64,000 nt of DNA from Acidimicrobiia bacterium (GCA_041608535.1 JBFISM010000003.1:892-64891), one strand, 5' to 3'; counted from the first letter of the stretch, positions 19,419 to 29,991 are shown. Notes: generated by a model not told the origin, from the letters alone. Numbers and translations: made by a program.

Positions 19419-20600
19419 CTAGCGTTCCAGGGCGCCGACCTGCATCAGCTCCAAGATCGCACCAGCGCCTATGGCGATGCCGGGCTCGATGCACTGCTCG
19501 TCGGCGTCGAATGTCGGCGAGTGGAGGTCCACGGTGGGACCGTCGACGGCACAACCCAACCGGATCAGAGCGCCGCGCGCCGATTCGAGGAACCAGGAAA
19601 AGTCCTCAGAACCCAGGCTCTGATGCGAGGGACGCACGGCGTCGCGACCGAGAATGGCGCGCCCGGCGACGGCGAAAGCATCGATGACGGCGGGGTGGTT
19701 GACCACCGGAGGGGACCCTCGGAGATACTCCACTTCGACCTGCGCTCCGTGCGTGGCGGCGACATCGACGATCACCTCTTCAATGCGCTTTGGCATGTCA
19801 CGCCACACGTCGAGATTGAACAAACGTATCGTGCCGCCCATCTCGATCTCGCTGGGGACGACGTTGTCGGCGCGGCCTCCGGTGATGCGGCCGAACACGA
19901 TGGCGAGCGGTTCGCGGGGATCGATCGTGCGACGCAGCAGCTCGGGCACCGTGAGGACGATGTGTGCCGCTACTGCCACCAGGTCGACTGTCTGATGAGG
20001 GCGCGAGGTGTGACCACCGGGACCGAAGAGCCGCACGACCACCCGGTCGGCGGCACCGGTGATGGGGCCGCTGCGCAGGCCGATCGTGCCGGGGGGCATG
20101 GTGGGATCGACGTGGAATGCGGCGATGGTATCGATGCCGCTCGCCAAACCCTCGTTGACCATGGTGAGAGCGCCACCGGGAATGTGCTCCTCTGCGGGCT
20201 GAAAGAGCATGCGGACCGCTCCCGGCAGCGGGTCCATGCGGTGCAGTGCGATCGCGATGCCGACGCCCACTGCGGTGTGGACATCGTGCCCGCAGGCGTG
20301 CATCACACCGGGGTTGACCGAGCTGAACTCGAGGCCCGTCGCCTCGTGCAGCGGCAGGGCATCGAGGTCGCTGCGAAAAGCAATTTTGGGATCACCGGTA
20401 CCCACGTCGACCCAGAGCCCGATGCCGTCGTCCCGGATCCGGGGCTCGAGGCCGGAAGCTCGCAGCGCCTCGGCTGCCAGACGAGTCGTATTCGTCTCAT
20501 CCCAAGCTGTTTCCGGGTGACGGTGGATCTCGCGACGCAGGTCGATGGCTCCCGGCGCCACGGCAGCAGCCAGATCGAGGAGGGTTGCGGTGCGGCCCAT
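19419..20600 (-). CDS. M20 family amidohydrolase
   Basis: RREIHRHPE, RSDLDALP, MHACGHDVH, FQPAEE, SEDF, LHSP. Confidence 0.92.
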   Translation of the reverse strand: MGRTATLLDLAAAVAPGAIDLRREIHRHPETAWDETNTTRLAAEALRASGLEPRIRDDGIGLWVDVGTGDPKIAFRSDLDALPLHEATGLEFSSVNPGVMHACGHDVHTAVGVGIAIALHRMDPLPGAVRMLFQPAEEHIPGGALTMVNEGLASGIDTIAAFHVDPTMPPGTIGLRSGPITGAADRVVVRLFGPGGHTSRPHQTVDLVAVAAHIVLTVPELLRRTIDPREPLAIVFGRITGGRADNVVPSEIEMGGTIRLFNLDVWRDMPKRIEEVIVDVAATHGAQVEVEYLRGSPPVVNHPAVIDAFAVAGRAILGRDAVRPSHQSLGSEDFSWFLESARGALIRLGCAVDGPTVDLHSPTFDADEQCIEPGIAIGAGAILELMQVGALER

Positions 20601-20709
20601 GAGCGGCGCATTGTAGCTACCGGGAGCTTCGTGCTCGTGAGTCGATCGCATCAAGTAACACGGGTGCGGTAGGTTGACAACCGCACACCGATTCAACGAG
20701 GAGGCCAGG

Positions 20710-21867
20710 ATGGATCGTCCATCCTTCACCATCGGTATCGAAGAAGAGCTGATGATCGTCGACGTCGAGACCCGGGATCTCGTCCGGGACCTCCCTGGAT
20801 CGTTTATGAGCCAGATTGCAGACGTGGTCGAAGGTCAGGTCGGACCCGAGTTCATGCGCTCCCAAGTCGAGGTGGGCACCCCCGTGGCCGCAACGGTGAA
20901 GGAAGCCGGCAGCGAGCTCGCTGCGATGCGAGTGGCCGTGGCCGACATCGCCGCCGAATACGGATTGGCGCCGATCGCGGCCTCGACTCACCCATTCTCC
21001 GCGTGGTGGGAACAGCTCAACACCGACAAGGAGCGGTACAACGCTCTTGCGGAGGCGATGGGAGGCGTGGCCCGGCGGCTGCTCATCTCGGGGATGCACG
21101 TTCACGCCGGTATCGAGGACGAGGACCTCCGTATCGATCTCATGAACCAGGTGACGTACTTCCTTCCTCACTTCCTCGCGATCTCCACCTCCTCGCCCTT
21201 CTGGGGTGGCGTGGCCACCGGCCTGCACAGCTACCGCACCTCGGTGTTCCGGGCGCTGCCCCGCACCGGCATGCCCGACGAGTTCGACAGCTGGGCGGAC
21301 TACCGACGTCATGTCGCCGTGCTCGTCGATGCCGGCGTCATCGAGGATGCCACCAAGCTGTGGTGGGACGTTCGACCGAGCGATCGGTACCCGACGCTGG
21401 AGATGCGGATAGCGGACGTCTGCACCAGCATCGACGACGCCGCAACCGTTGCGGCCATGTATCTGGGTCTTCTCAGCATGCTGTTCAGGATGCGCCAGGC
21501 CAATCAGCGGTGGCGCATCTACTCGAGGATGTTGCTCAGCGAGAACCGGTGGCGGGCGCAGCGCTATGGGATCTCCGAGGGGCTGGTCGACTTCGGCTGT
21601 CACGAGGTCGTGTCCTATGCCGATCTCTACAAGGAGATCCAGGAGCTCGTTGCAGAGGACGCTGTGGCGATGGGTATCGCGGAGGAAATCGAGCACGGCA
21701 CGAACATTCTCGAGCGTGGCACCAGCGCCGACCGGCAGCTCGCCATCTACAACGAGAGTCTCGCCGCGGGCGCCAGCCAGGAGGAAGCGTTGCAGCGCGT
21801 GGTCGATTTCCTCATCGCAGAGACGATGGCCGGGTGTGATCGCCTGCGTGCGCGCCAAGCCGGATGA
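20710..21867 (+). CDS. ybdK: Carboxylate-amine ligase (YbdK / GCS2 family)
   Basis: TIGIEEE, SQVEVGTP, STHPF, GMHVHAG, SSPFW, WWDVRP, TLEMRIADV. Confidence 0.9.
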   Translation: MDRPSFTIGIEEELMIVDVETRDLVRDLPGSFMSQIADVVEGQVGPEFMRSQVEVGTPVAATVKEAGSELAAMRVAVADIAAEYGLAPIAASTHPFSAWWEQLNTDKERYNALAEAMGGVARRLLISGMHVHAGIEDEDLRIDLMNQVTYFLPHFLAISTSSPFWGGVATGLHSYRTSVFRALPRTGMPDEFDSWADYRRHVAVLVDAGVIEDATKLWWDVRPSDRYPTLEMRIADVCTSIDDAATVAAMYLGLLSMLFRMRQANQRWRIYSRMLLSENRWRAQRYGISEGLVDFGCHEVVSYADLYKEIQELVAEDAVAMGIAEEIEHGTNILERGTSADRQLAIYNESLAAGASQEEALQRVVDFLIAETMAGCDRLRARQAG

Positions 21868-21910
21868 CTGCGATTCGTCCCGGCCACCGGCGCATCTAGG
21901 CTGACCACCG

Positions 21911-23620
21911 ATGAGCCAGCTCCGGGTTGCGTGCGCCCAGATCGACACGCGGGTCGGTGATTTCGAGTGGAACACGGCCAAGATCCTCGAGTCCATGGCG
22001 TACGCCGACGGGGTGGACGCCGACGTGCTCCTTCTCCCCGAGCTCGCCATCTGTGGCTACCCACCCGAGGACCTGCTGCTTCGCGGGTCATTCACCGAGG
22101 CGAACCGCGAGGCTCTCGAGCGCATCGCGGCACAGTCCGGGCAGGTCGCGGTGGTGGTGGGGTTCGTCGATCGGGTCGCCGGCGCGACCAGCGACGATGC
22201 GGTGTCGCGACGTATCGCCAACGCTGCGGCCGTCGTCGCCGGCGGCTCTGTGGTCGGGGTGTATCACAAGGTGCTCCTCCCCAACTATGGAGTCTTCGAC
22301 GAGGCCCGCTACTTTGCGGTCGGTCGGCAACGCACCACGCTGTGGTCCATTGCCGGTGTCACCGCTGGTGTGTCGGTGTGCGAGGACATCTGGTCACCCA
22401 CCGGCCCGCCCGCCCACCAGGCGGCTGCGGGTGCGCAGATCCTGCTGAACATCAACGGGTCGCCCTATCACGTGGGCAAGGCCGGCGAGCGAGCCGGCTT
22501 GCTCTCCGCCGAGGCTCGCCGCTCCGGCGTACCCGTCGTCTACCTGAACATGGTTGGGGGGCAGGACGAGCTCGTCTTCGATGGTGACTCCATGGTGATC
22601 GACAGCAGCGGCGATCTCATCCATCGCGCACCGCAATTCGCAGTGGATCACTTCGTGGTCGACGTGCCGGTGCCACCGGGACGGGCGGGGGAGCCCGCAG
22701 AGCTGGTTTCTGTCACCCCGTCTCGTTCCGAGGCGAAGGTGAGCATCCCAGCGCCGGTGATCGTTCCCACGATGAACATGGAGGAGGAGGTCTACACGGC
22801 CCTGGTGACCGGGCTCCGTGATTACGTGGAGAAGAACGGATTCTCCGACGTCGTGATCGGGCTGAGCGGGGGTATCGACAGCGCTCTCACAGCGGCGATC
22901 GCAACCGACGCCCTCGGACCGGGCGCAGTGTGGGGCATCACGATGCCGACACGGTACAGCTCGGAGGGGTCGATCACCGATTCCGAGGACCTGGCGAAGC
23001 GGTTGGGCATACGCTTCGACATCATCCCCATCGACCCGGTGTTCGCTGAGTTCCTCGAGGCGCTCGAGGTCGCCTTTGCCGGAACCGACATGGGTGTGGC
23101 TGAGGAGAATCTCCAGGCGCGCATCCGCGGGGCGATACTGATGGCGATCTCCAACAAGTTCGGGGGCATGGTGGTCGCCACCGGCAACAAGTCGGAGATG
23201 GCCGTCGGCTACGCCACGCTGTACGGCGACATGGCAGGTGGCTTTGCCGTTCTGAAGGATGTGTTCAAGACGCTCGTCTACCGGCTTGCCGAGTGGCGTA
23301 ACCAACAAGACGAGGTGATCCCGCGCACCATCATCGACAAGCCGCCGTCGGCCGAGCTGCGTCCCGATCAGAAAGACACCGACTCGCTGCCGGAATACGA
23401 GGTACTCGATGCCGTGCTGCGTCGTTACATCGAGCTGGACATGGCCGTCGGTGAGATCGTCGCCGAGGGATTGGGTGCGGAGCTGGTGCGACGGGTGGCG
23501 GCCATGGTGGACAGGAACGAGTACAAGCGTCGACAGGCCGCCCCGGGAGTACGGATCACACGGAAAGCCTTCGGTAGGGATCGGCGGCTTCCCATCACCA
23601 ACGCGTATCGCACACCGTGA
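21911..23620 (+). CDS. nadE: Glutamine-dependent NAD+ synthetase
   Basis: Nitrilase domain (PEL..GYPPEDL, KVLLPNYGVFDE, CEDIW) + GLSGGIDS, ENLQARIRG, TGNKSE, YATLYGD, KPPSAEL. Confidence 0.96.
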   Translation: MSQLRVACAQIDTRVGDFEWNTAKILESMAYADGVDADVLLLPELAICGYPPEDLLLRGSFTEANREALERIAAQSGQVAVVVGFVDRVAGATSDDAVSRRIANAAAVVAGGSVVGVYHKVLLPNYGVFDEARYFAVGRQRTTLWSIAGVTAGVSVCEDIWSPTGPPAHQAAAGAQILLNINGSPYHVGKAGERAGLLSAEARRSGVPVVYLNMVGGQDELVFDGDSMVIDSSGDLIHRAPQFAVDHFVVDVPVPPGRAGEPAELVSVTPSRSEAKVSIPAPVIVPTMNMEEEVYTALVTGLRDYVEKNGFSDVVIGLSGGIDSALTAAIATDALGPGAVWGITMPTRYSSEGSITDSEDLAKRLGIRFDIIPIDPVFAEFLEALEVAFAGTDMGVAEENLQARIRGAILMAISNKFGGMVVATGNKSEMAVGYATLYGDMAGGFAVLKDVFKTLVYRLAEWRNQQDEVIPRTIIDKPPSAELRPDQKDTDSLPEYEVLDAVLRRYIELDMAVGEIVAEGLGAELVRRVAAMVDRNEYKRRQAAPGVRITRKAFGRDRRLPITNAYRTP

Positions 23621-24456
23621 GCGGGTCCGTGGGCCCCGTGCTCGTCGACGGGGAGCCGGTCGATCCGGCGGGGGCCGCCGTCTCGGTGTTCGACATCGGC
23701 TTCCAGCGAGGGTACGGGTGTTTCGAGACATTACGGTCGTACGGCGGTGTCCCATTCCGCATGTCCCAGCACCTGGACCGGCTCGAACACAGCGCCAACC
23801 TGCTGCGGATGCCGCTTCCGGATCGAGACGATCTGGAGCGCTGGGTGACCAAGGTGGCCACTGCCGGTGACGTGGCCGTGAAGCTGTACGTCACCGGTGG
23901 ACGGGATGCGGCCGATCCTGGGGTGAAGTCGACAACGGTCGTCTTTGCGGAGGAGCTCCCGGATCTGTCGGCACCCGCGCGGTTGCTCCCCGTTCGGGCG
24001 CCCTGGCATCCCGGGGGCCGGTGGTCGGAGCTGACCGGCGCCAAGACACTGTCATATGCGCCCAACATGGCAGCTCGGCTCACGGCGACCGCCGCCGGGT
24101 ATGACGACGCCTTGCTCCTGGGCGCCGACGAGCACGTGCTGGAGGGCCCCACGTACAGCATTGCCTGGATGAGCGGTGTGGCGCTGCATCACCCCCACCC
24201 GGATCTCGGGGTCCTGGCCAGCGTCACTGCCGGCGCCGTGCTCGACATCGCCCCGAAAGTGGGGCTCGAGCCGCACCCGGGCCGATTCCGGCTCGCTGAT
24301 GTACTCGCCGCGGACGAGGTGATCGTGATGTCGACACTGTCGGAGGTGCGTCCGGTTGGTGCGATTGGGGATGCGGCCAAGCAGCCCGGGCCGCTGACGG
24401 CCGCACTCGCCGGTGCGCTGGCACAGCTCGTCGCTCGGGAAACCGCGACACCGTGA
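23617..24456 (+). CDS. Class IV PLP-dependent aminotransferase/lyase (IlvE/PabC-like)
   Basis: DIGFQRGYGCFETLR, HLDRLEHSA, GAKTLSY, EGPT, LASVT. Confidence 0.88.
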   Translation: MSGSVGPVLVDGEPVDPAGAAVSVFDIGFQRGYGCFETLRSYGGVPFRMSQHLDRLEHSANLLRMPLPDRDDLERWVTKVATAGDVAVKLYVTGGRDAADPGVKSTTVVFAEELPDLSAPARLLPVRAPWHPGGRWSELTGAKTLSYAPNMAARLTATAAGYDDALLLGADEHVLEGPTYSIAWMSGVALHHPHPDLGVLASVTAGAVLDIAPKVGLEPHPGRFRLADVLAADEVIVMSTLSEVRPVGAIGDAAKQPGPLTAALAGALAQLVARETATP

Positions 24457-24875
24457 CGTCCACCCTGCGACTGCTGGCCGCCATCGACGAGCTATACGCC
24501 AGGACAGTCACCGAACCCGACCGCTGGCACGAGCAGGCGTTCCACGATTGGGCGGGGGATCTCAACGCAGATGGTTTGACGAAGGAGCAAGCGAGGGCAG
24601 TGCGTCGGGCGTTGGGGATGGCACGCAAGCTGCGAGACTTCTGGGCAGACCCGGCCAGGATCGTCGACGCCGACGACTGGCGGAGCCGCATCGATGTCGC
24701 GTTTGGCGCTCGGGCGTGGCGGCCCACCTTGGAGCTGGCCATCGCGGGTCTCGATGCCGAACCATCCCCCGAGCTGTTCGACGAGGTGAGAACGCGGTTT
24801 CGGGTGGTCAACAACGAGCTGTGGCTGGAGGGAGTCGAGTATGCAGATTGGGCCGCGCGGCGTACAGACCGCTAA
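24453..24875 (+). CDS. Hypothetical protein
   Basis: GTGA overlap with upstream gene; GC-typical codon usage. Confidence 0.75.
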   Translation: MTSTLRLLAAIDELYARTVTEPDRWHEQAFHDWAGDLNADGLTKEQARAVRRALGMARKLRDFWADPARIVDADDWRSRIDVAFGARAWRPTLELAIAGLDAEPSPELFDEVRTRFRVVNNELWLEGVEYADWAARRTDR

Positions 24876-24901
24876 ACCTCACCCCAGTTAGACTCGCCTC
24901 C

Positions 24902-25456
24902 ATGGGGCGTGTGATCCGGATCGCGGGGTGGCTGATTGCTGGGATGGTGGTCGTCACCGGGTGCTCTGGTGACGACGGATCCGAATCGACCACCACGACG
25001 AGTTCGTCCGGTCCCGCCGGCGGCGCAACCACGGTGGTGGGTGCGGACGACACGGATGCCACCGCTGCGACGACGCCAGAGGCCGCAACCTCGACGACCA
25101 CCCAGCTCCCGGCCACGACCGCTCCGTTCGAAGTTCCCGGATTCACCATCGTGAGTCGCACGCCCGGGGAAGAAGGCGATACGGTGGTCGTGCTGCTCGA
25201 CACCGACTCCTATGAGTCTCTCACCGACATCGACTTACAGAACGTGATTGCAGATGTCGTCGACGAGTTTCCCCCGGTATACGAGGCGCACGTCGTCGAC
25301 AGCCCGGTGGTCGTCGACTTCGTCACCGCCGAGGAGCTGGACGACGAGCAGCAGCAGCTCCTCAACGTCCACTACCTGGTTCGCCTCGAGGAGGGCTTCC
25401 GGATCCGCTATCTGGGTGCCTTCGAGGCGAATGGCGTGACCATCCTCGGCTCCTGA
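24902..25456 (+). CDS. Lipoprotein with Thr-rich linker
   Basis: Lipobox VVTGC after MGRVIRIAGWLIAG; TAGACT -10 box 7 nt upstream. Confidence 0.78.
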   Translation: MGRVIRIAGWLIAGMVVVTGCSGDDGSESTTTTSSSGPAGGATTVVGADDTDATAATTPEAATSTTTQLPATTAPFEVPGFTIVSRTPGEEGDTVVVLLDTDSYESLTDIDLQNVIADVVDEFPPVYEAHVVDSPVVVDFVTAEELDDEQQQLLNVHYLVRLEEGFRIRYLGAFEANGVTILGS

Positions 25457-25485
25457 ACAGGCCGGTACAGATCAGACGTAGTCGC

Positions 25486-26853
25486 TCACAACAGCAGGAG
25501 GGCGATGAGCAGGAAGCCGCCAAACCCGACCAGGTCGATGGCCACCGTGAGGATGATGTTCGAGGCGAGGGCCGGGTCCAGCCCGGCACGGCGCAGCACC
25601 ACCGGGATGGCGGCCCCGGAGAATCCTCCGATGACGAGGGCGAAGAACACAGCGATGCCCATCACCACGGCGACCCGGTCGTTGCCCGAAGCAACGACCA
25701 CGACTGCGGCGGAGACGATCGACATCACCAGAGCGAGCAGCAGGGCCACGGCGACTTCCCGGCGGATGGCGCGCACCGCCCGGCCCTGGGGAAGGTCGCC
25801 GACTGCCATGGAGCGGATCATCACGGCAAGACTCTGCGCCCCGGTGTTGCCACCGAGCTGGGCGACCATCGGCATGAGCGCCGCCAGCAAGACCTCGGTC
25901 TCGATGACTCGCTCGAAACGACTGATGACGAATGCGATCAGACCGGCTCCTGCCAGGTTGATGAGAATCCACGGAAGCCGCCGGCGCAGAGACAGCAGCA
26001 CCGGCGAGTAGACCGACTCTTCGACACCGGCCCCCACCATCGCTGCGATGTCCTCGGTGGCCTCAGCTTGCACCGCCTGGATCGCCTCGTCCACCTTGAC
26101 CATTCCGACGAGCACGCCTTCATGGTCGATCACAGGGATCGCCAGCAGGTGATAGCGCTGGATGAGCTCGCCGACGATCTCGCGGTCGGTGTCGACGGTG
26201 ACGGCGATCGGATCAGCGATCATCACCTCATCGAGACCGGTGCCGGGGCGGGCGAACACGAGGTCGCGGAACGAGACGACCCCGAGCAAGTGGTTCATCT
26301 CATCGACGACATAGACGTACATGAGGTTCGACCGCAGCTCGTCGTGCAGCCGGCGGAGCGCCTCGATGGCCTCACCGGCGGTGGTGCCGACGGGGAGCAC
26401 GGCGACGTCGGTCCGCATCAGACCACCGGCGCTGTCGGACGGATAGTCGAGCAGCGCCGTGACCTCGGCGGCTGTGGCGTCGTCGATGGCATCGAGCAGA
26501 TCGCTCGCCACGGACTCGTCGAGTGCACTGAGCAGGTCGGCCGCCTGGTCGGTATCCATCTCAGCGACGACGGAGGCGGCGCGCCCCATCTCCAGCACCT
26601 CGACGACGTCGGCCGCGGCCTCCGGGTTCATCTCGTCGAAGACCTCGCCGACGTCGATTGCCCCGAACTTCTCGAGCAACTCGGCGGCCGTCTCCGGTTC
26701 CAGGGCCTCGAGGATGTCGGCGGCCGAATGCGGATCCTCGACGACGAGGTTTCTCCACTCATCGTCGTGCGCTCCGATATAGATCTCGGCCTCGTTGGGC
26801 CGGCGCCGCGCCAGATCACGCAGACCTTCTGCAATGATGCGCGGTCGTATCAT
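25486..26853 (-). CDS. mgtE: Magnesium transporter MgtE
   Basis: N-domain, CBS pair (YPSDSAGGLM), GGNTGAQS, DPALAS...TVAID; start 26853 or 26865. Confidence 0.94.
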   Translation of the reverse strand: MIRPRIIAEGLRDLARRRPNEAEIYIGAHDDEWRNLVVEDPHSAADILEALEPETAAELLEKFGAIDVGEVFDEMNPEAAADVVEVLEMGRAASVVAEMDTDQAADLLSALDESVASDLLDAIDDATAAEVTALLDYPSDSAGGLMRTDVAVLPVGTTAGEAIEALRRLHDELRSNLMYVYVVDEMNHLLGVVSFRDLVFARPGTGLDEVMIADPIAVTVDTDREIVGELIQRYHLLAIPVIDHEGVLVGMVKVDEAIQAVQAEATEDIAAMVGAGVEESVYSPVLLSLRRRLPWILINLAGAGLIAFVISRFERVIETEVLLAALMPMVAQLGGNTGAQSLAVMIRSMAVGDLPQGRAVRAIRREVAVALLLALVMSIVSAAVVVVASGNDRVAVVMGIAVFFALVIGGFSGAAIPVVLRRAGLDPALASNIILTVAIDLVGFGGFLLIALLLL

Positions 26854-26924
26854 GCGGAGTTTCACACTGGCCTCGCGTGTCGGCGGTTTGCGGCGACCAT
26901 CGTACGGTCGTCGTCACCACCTGC

Positions 26925-27090
26925 GAGCCGGGAAATGGCCCCCGTGCCGGGGGGAACGCCAAGCCCCGTGTCGCCGGGACACGACGCGATCGGGACGGCG
27001 GCACCACATGGACGGGATCGGGGGGTCACTACAGGCCCCCCAGGGGGGACGAGGGGGCCTGCTCGTCCGGGGTCAACCCGAACGACCGGC
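26925..27090 (-). ncRNA. Possible 6C-like RNA or structured mgtE leader
   Basis: Three CCCCCC runs on the minus strand, hairpin CAGGCCCCC/GGGGGCCTG around one of them, TAAGAT -10 box at 27091-27096. Confidence 0.3.
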
Positions 27091-27203
27091 ATCTTACGCT
27101 GCGACGACCCGACGTCGAGTCGGGCATCGCGCCGATCGAGCCACGAGATCCGGCCCGTACACTCGCCGAGAACCGCCCTGGCTGGCGGCTGGAAGGAGGT
27201 GAC

Positions 27204-28253
27204 ATGAGGCTCACGGAGTTCTCGCACGGGGCCGGTTGAGCGTGCAAGCTCAGCCCTGACGAGCTGGCGCAGGTCTTGCGCCGATTGAACAGCACATTGC
27301 CCACCGCTCCCGAGGTCGTGGTCGGCATCGCCGAGTCGGACGACGCCGGGGTGTACCGCCTCCGCGACGATCTCTATCTCGTGCAAACGGTGGATTTCTT
27401 CACCCCCATCGTGGACGATGCGGCTACCTGGGGGCGGATCAGCGCGACCAATGCGCTGTCGGATGTGTATGCGATGGGGGCCCAGCCGCTCACCGCACTC
27501 TCCATCGTGGGATGGCCCCGGGAGACGCTGTCGCTCGAGCTGCTCGGTGATGTGCTTGCGGGTGGCAGCGAGGTGCTCGCCGCAGCCGGCTGTGTGCTCC
27601 TCGGCGGACACACCGTCGACGACCCCGAGCCGAAGTACGGCCTCGCCGTCACCGGTCTGGTACATCCCGACGACCTCATCACCAACGACGCTGCCAAACC
27701 CGGGGACGTGCTGGTGCTCACCAAACCGATAGGTACCGGGATCGTGGCGACGGCGATCAAACGTGGGGACGTGGATCCGTCCGTAGCGGCGGCGGCGATT
27801 GCGGTGATGACCACTCTCAACGCAGGAGCCGCCAGGGCGATGCAGCGCATTGGGGTGAGAGCCGCCACGGACGTGACGGGCTTTGGTCTGCTCGGTCACC
27901 TCGGCGAGCTGATTCGCGCCTCACGGGTGAGCGCCGAGATCACCGCCGCGGCCATCCCGCTCCTCGATGGTGTGGAGGAACTCATCGCCGCCGGCGTGGT
28001 ACCCGGTGGCACGCTCCGCAATCTGGAAGCTGTGCGCCGGTTCACCACCTTTGGCGATCTCCCCGAGAGCATCCGCATCGCCCTGGCGGATGCGCAGACC
28101 GCCGGTGGGCTTCTCATCGCGGTCGAGGCGCCGCTCGCCGATGCCCTGCTCCAAGCGCTGGCAGAGGAAGGTGCCGGCGGGGTGCGTATCGGTAGGCTCG
28201 TTGCCCGCGAGTTCTCCGATGGACCGGCGGGGAGAATCAGGGTGGCGGCGTGA
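27204..28253 (+). CDS. selD: Selenide, water dikinase, selenocysteine-containing (UGA at 27237-27239)
   Basis: SD GGAGGT then MRLTEFSHGAG-UGA-ACKL (U-x-x-K catalytic motif), continuing in frame to DDAGVY, TVDFFTPIVDD, NALSDVYAMG, GGHT, TDVTGFGLLGHL, DAQTAGGLL. Confidence 0.96.
27266..27282 (+). promoter_or_regulatory. Candidate SECIS hairpin of selD
   Basis: GGCGCA-GGTCT-TGCGCC starting 26 nt after the UGA; loop begins with GG. Confidence 0.7.
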
Positions 28254-29170
28254 GACGTATCGCACGCACCCTCGGTGCCGGGCTCGCCGCCTGGCTGGCG
28301 TGGCGCATTCTCGGTCCCGAGGTGCCCATCGACTACCCCGCACCACAACAACGTCCGCTGCGTATCCCCGGACGCACCGTCATCGTGGGGGAGCGTGAGT
28401 TCTTCGTCAGGGAGACCGGACCCGTTGCGAGGCATCCGGTCGTGCTGATCCACGGATGGAGCCTCGATGGGGAGCAGACCTTCCACCGCATCATTCCGCC
28501 CTTGGGAGACCGGTACCGGGTGATCGTGCCGGATCTTCGCAACCACGGGAAGTCCGACTGGATCCGGGGTCGCTTCGAGGTTGCTGATCTCGCTGAGGAG
28601 GTTGCGGGGGTGCTCGATGCGCTCGACGTGACCGAGGCGACCGTGGTGGGATATTCCCTCGGCGGCATGGTGGCTCAGGAGCTGGCCCGCCGCCGGAGTG
28701 GACTCGTTGGCTCCCTCGTGCTCGCGGCAACTGCGGCCACGCCGATCCCGCGTTTTCGTTCGATCGTGGATGTGGGTTTCTGGCTGGGGCGATCGCTGGC
28801 GAGGATCACCACCACCGAAGCCGCCAGGTTGACGACTCGCATCGTTGCGGCATCAGGCGGGCTCGACGCACGGCACCGTCGCTGGTTCTACGAGGGGCTG
28901 CGCCGCCGGGACGCCACGTTGTTCTATGCATCCGGATCGGCGGCAGTACGGTTCGACTCGACCGGATGGATCGGGTCGCTCGGCATACCGATCACCGTGG
29001 TGATCCCGGAGCGCGACCAGCTCGTCCGGGTCGCCCAGCAACGGTCGCTTGCCACCTTGTCGGGCGGCGACGTCGTCACGATTCCCGATGGGAGGCACGA
29101 AGCGGTCTTGACCCACCCTGAGATCTTCGTGGACGTCGTGCATCAGGTGGTCAAGCGAGCCACCGAGTGA
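28250..29170 (+). CDS. Alpha/beta hydrolase
   Basis: IHGWS, DLRNHG, GYSLGG nucleophile elbow, D and H downstream; N-terminal hydrophobic anchor. Confidence 0.88.
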   Translation: MRRIARTLGAGLAAWLAWRILGPEVPIDYPAPQQRPLRIPGRTVIVGEREFFVRETGPVARHPVVLIHGWSLDGEQTFHRIIPPLGDRYRVIVPDLRNHGKSDWIRGRFEVADLAEEVAGVLDALDVTEATVVGYSLGGMVAQELARRRSGLVGSLVLAATAATPIPRFRSIVDVGFWLGRSLARITTTEAARLTTRIVAASGGLDARHRRWFYEGLRRRDATLFYASGSAAVRFDSTGWIGSLGIPITVVIPERDQLVRVAQQRSLATLSGGDVVTIPDGRHEAVLTHPEIFVDVVHQVVKRATE

Positions 29171-29172
29171 GA

Positions 29173-29991
29173 TCAATCTGCGAGATCGCGCATCGCACCG
29201 TCCGTCCAGTCGACGATGGCGCCGGCGACCGCCTGCGGATTCTCCAGCACGAGGTTGTGCCCACCGGCCACCGTCACGAACTGCCCGCCGGCGGCAGTGG
29301 CATCCTTCTCGAGCCGGCTGCGGTACCTCTCGTCATCGTTTCCGGCGATCCACAGCGATGGAACCGGGATTGCGCTGGGATCGACACGGGGCACCGCACC
29401 CTGACCGAGACCGCGTAGCGCCGCTGCCAGACCTGCTGCGGTATTGCCCACCCGGAGCATGCGATCGGGCACGGCAACGTGGCGGGGGAGATGGCGGGTG
29501 CCGGTGAGGGACGCTCCCAGCCAGCCGTCGATGAACGCCTCGACACCGATCCGCTCGATCTCGTCCGCTCGGCGGGCATCGCGAATGGCCCGCGACGCCC
29601 GTTCGGTCGCCGCCAGCCCGGTGGAGGCCGAGACCATCACCAGGCCGGACAGCAGATCTGGATAGCGAATGGCGATGTGAACGCCGACCCTCCCGCCTTG
29701 CGAGTAGCCGATGAGGACCGGTGGCGGTGTCTGGGCCGCCAGCAGCGCGGAGAGTGCCGTGATCGACGCGCCCAGATCGATCGGGGCGACATCGGTCGCA
29801 CCATGACCCGGGAGATCGGGTGCCAGGGTTGCTCCCGGCAGGTGGCGAGCGACCGAGCCCAGGCTCGGCCCACCCAGCGTGAACCCGTGGAGCGCAACCC
29901 AACGCACCGGATCCGCACCAAAGCGGTGGACTGCGAGCCGCCCGACCGGAGTGGTGAAACCCTCGGTGTGGGTCGTTCCGTCAGGGTTCAT
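29173..29991 (-). CDS. Alpha/beta hydrolase, MenH-like
   Basis: LHGFT, DLPGHG, GYSQGGR, RAIRD..RA, GHNLVLE. Confidence 0.82.
   Translation of the reverse strand: MNPDGTTHTEGFTTPVGRLAVHRFGADPVRWVALHGFTLGGPSLGSVARHLPGATLAPDLPGHGATDVAPIDLGASITALSALLAAQTPPPVLIGYSQGGRVGVHIAIRYPDLLSGLVMVSASTGLAATERASRAIRDARRADEIERIGVEAFIDGWLGASLTGTRHLPRHVAVPDRMLRVGNTAAGLAAALRGLGQGAVPRVDPSAIPVPSLWIAGNDDERYRSRLEKDATAAGGQFVTVAGGHNLVLENPQAVAGAIVDWTDGAMRDLAD

Noticed and set aside
26877-27203. N-terminal extension of SelD implied by ORF 26877-27239
   Set aside because: A strong SD (GGAGGT) precedes ATG 27204 and the upstream translation is low-complexity.
29173-29991. Assigning the symbol menH
   Set aside because: MenH-like motifs are present but there are no other men genes in the window, so specificity is uncertain.
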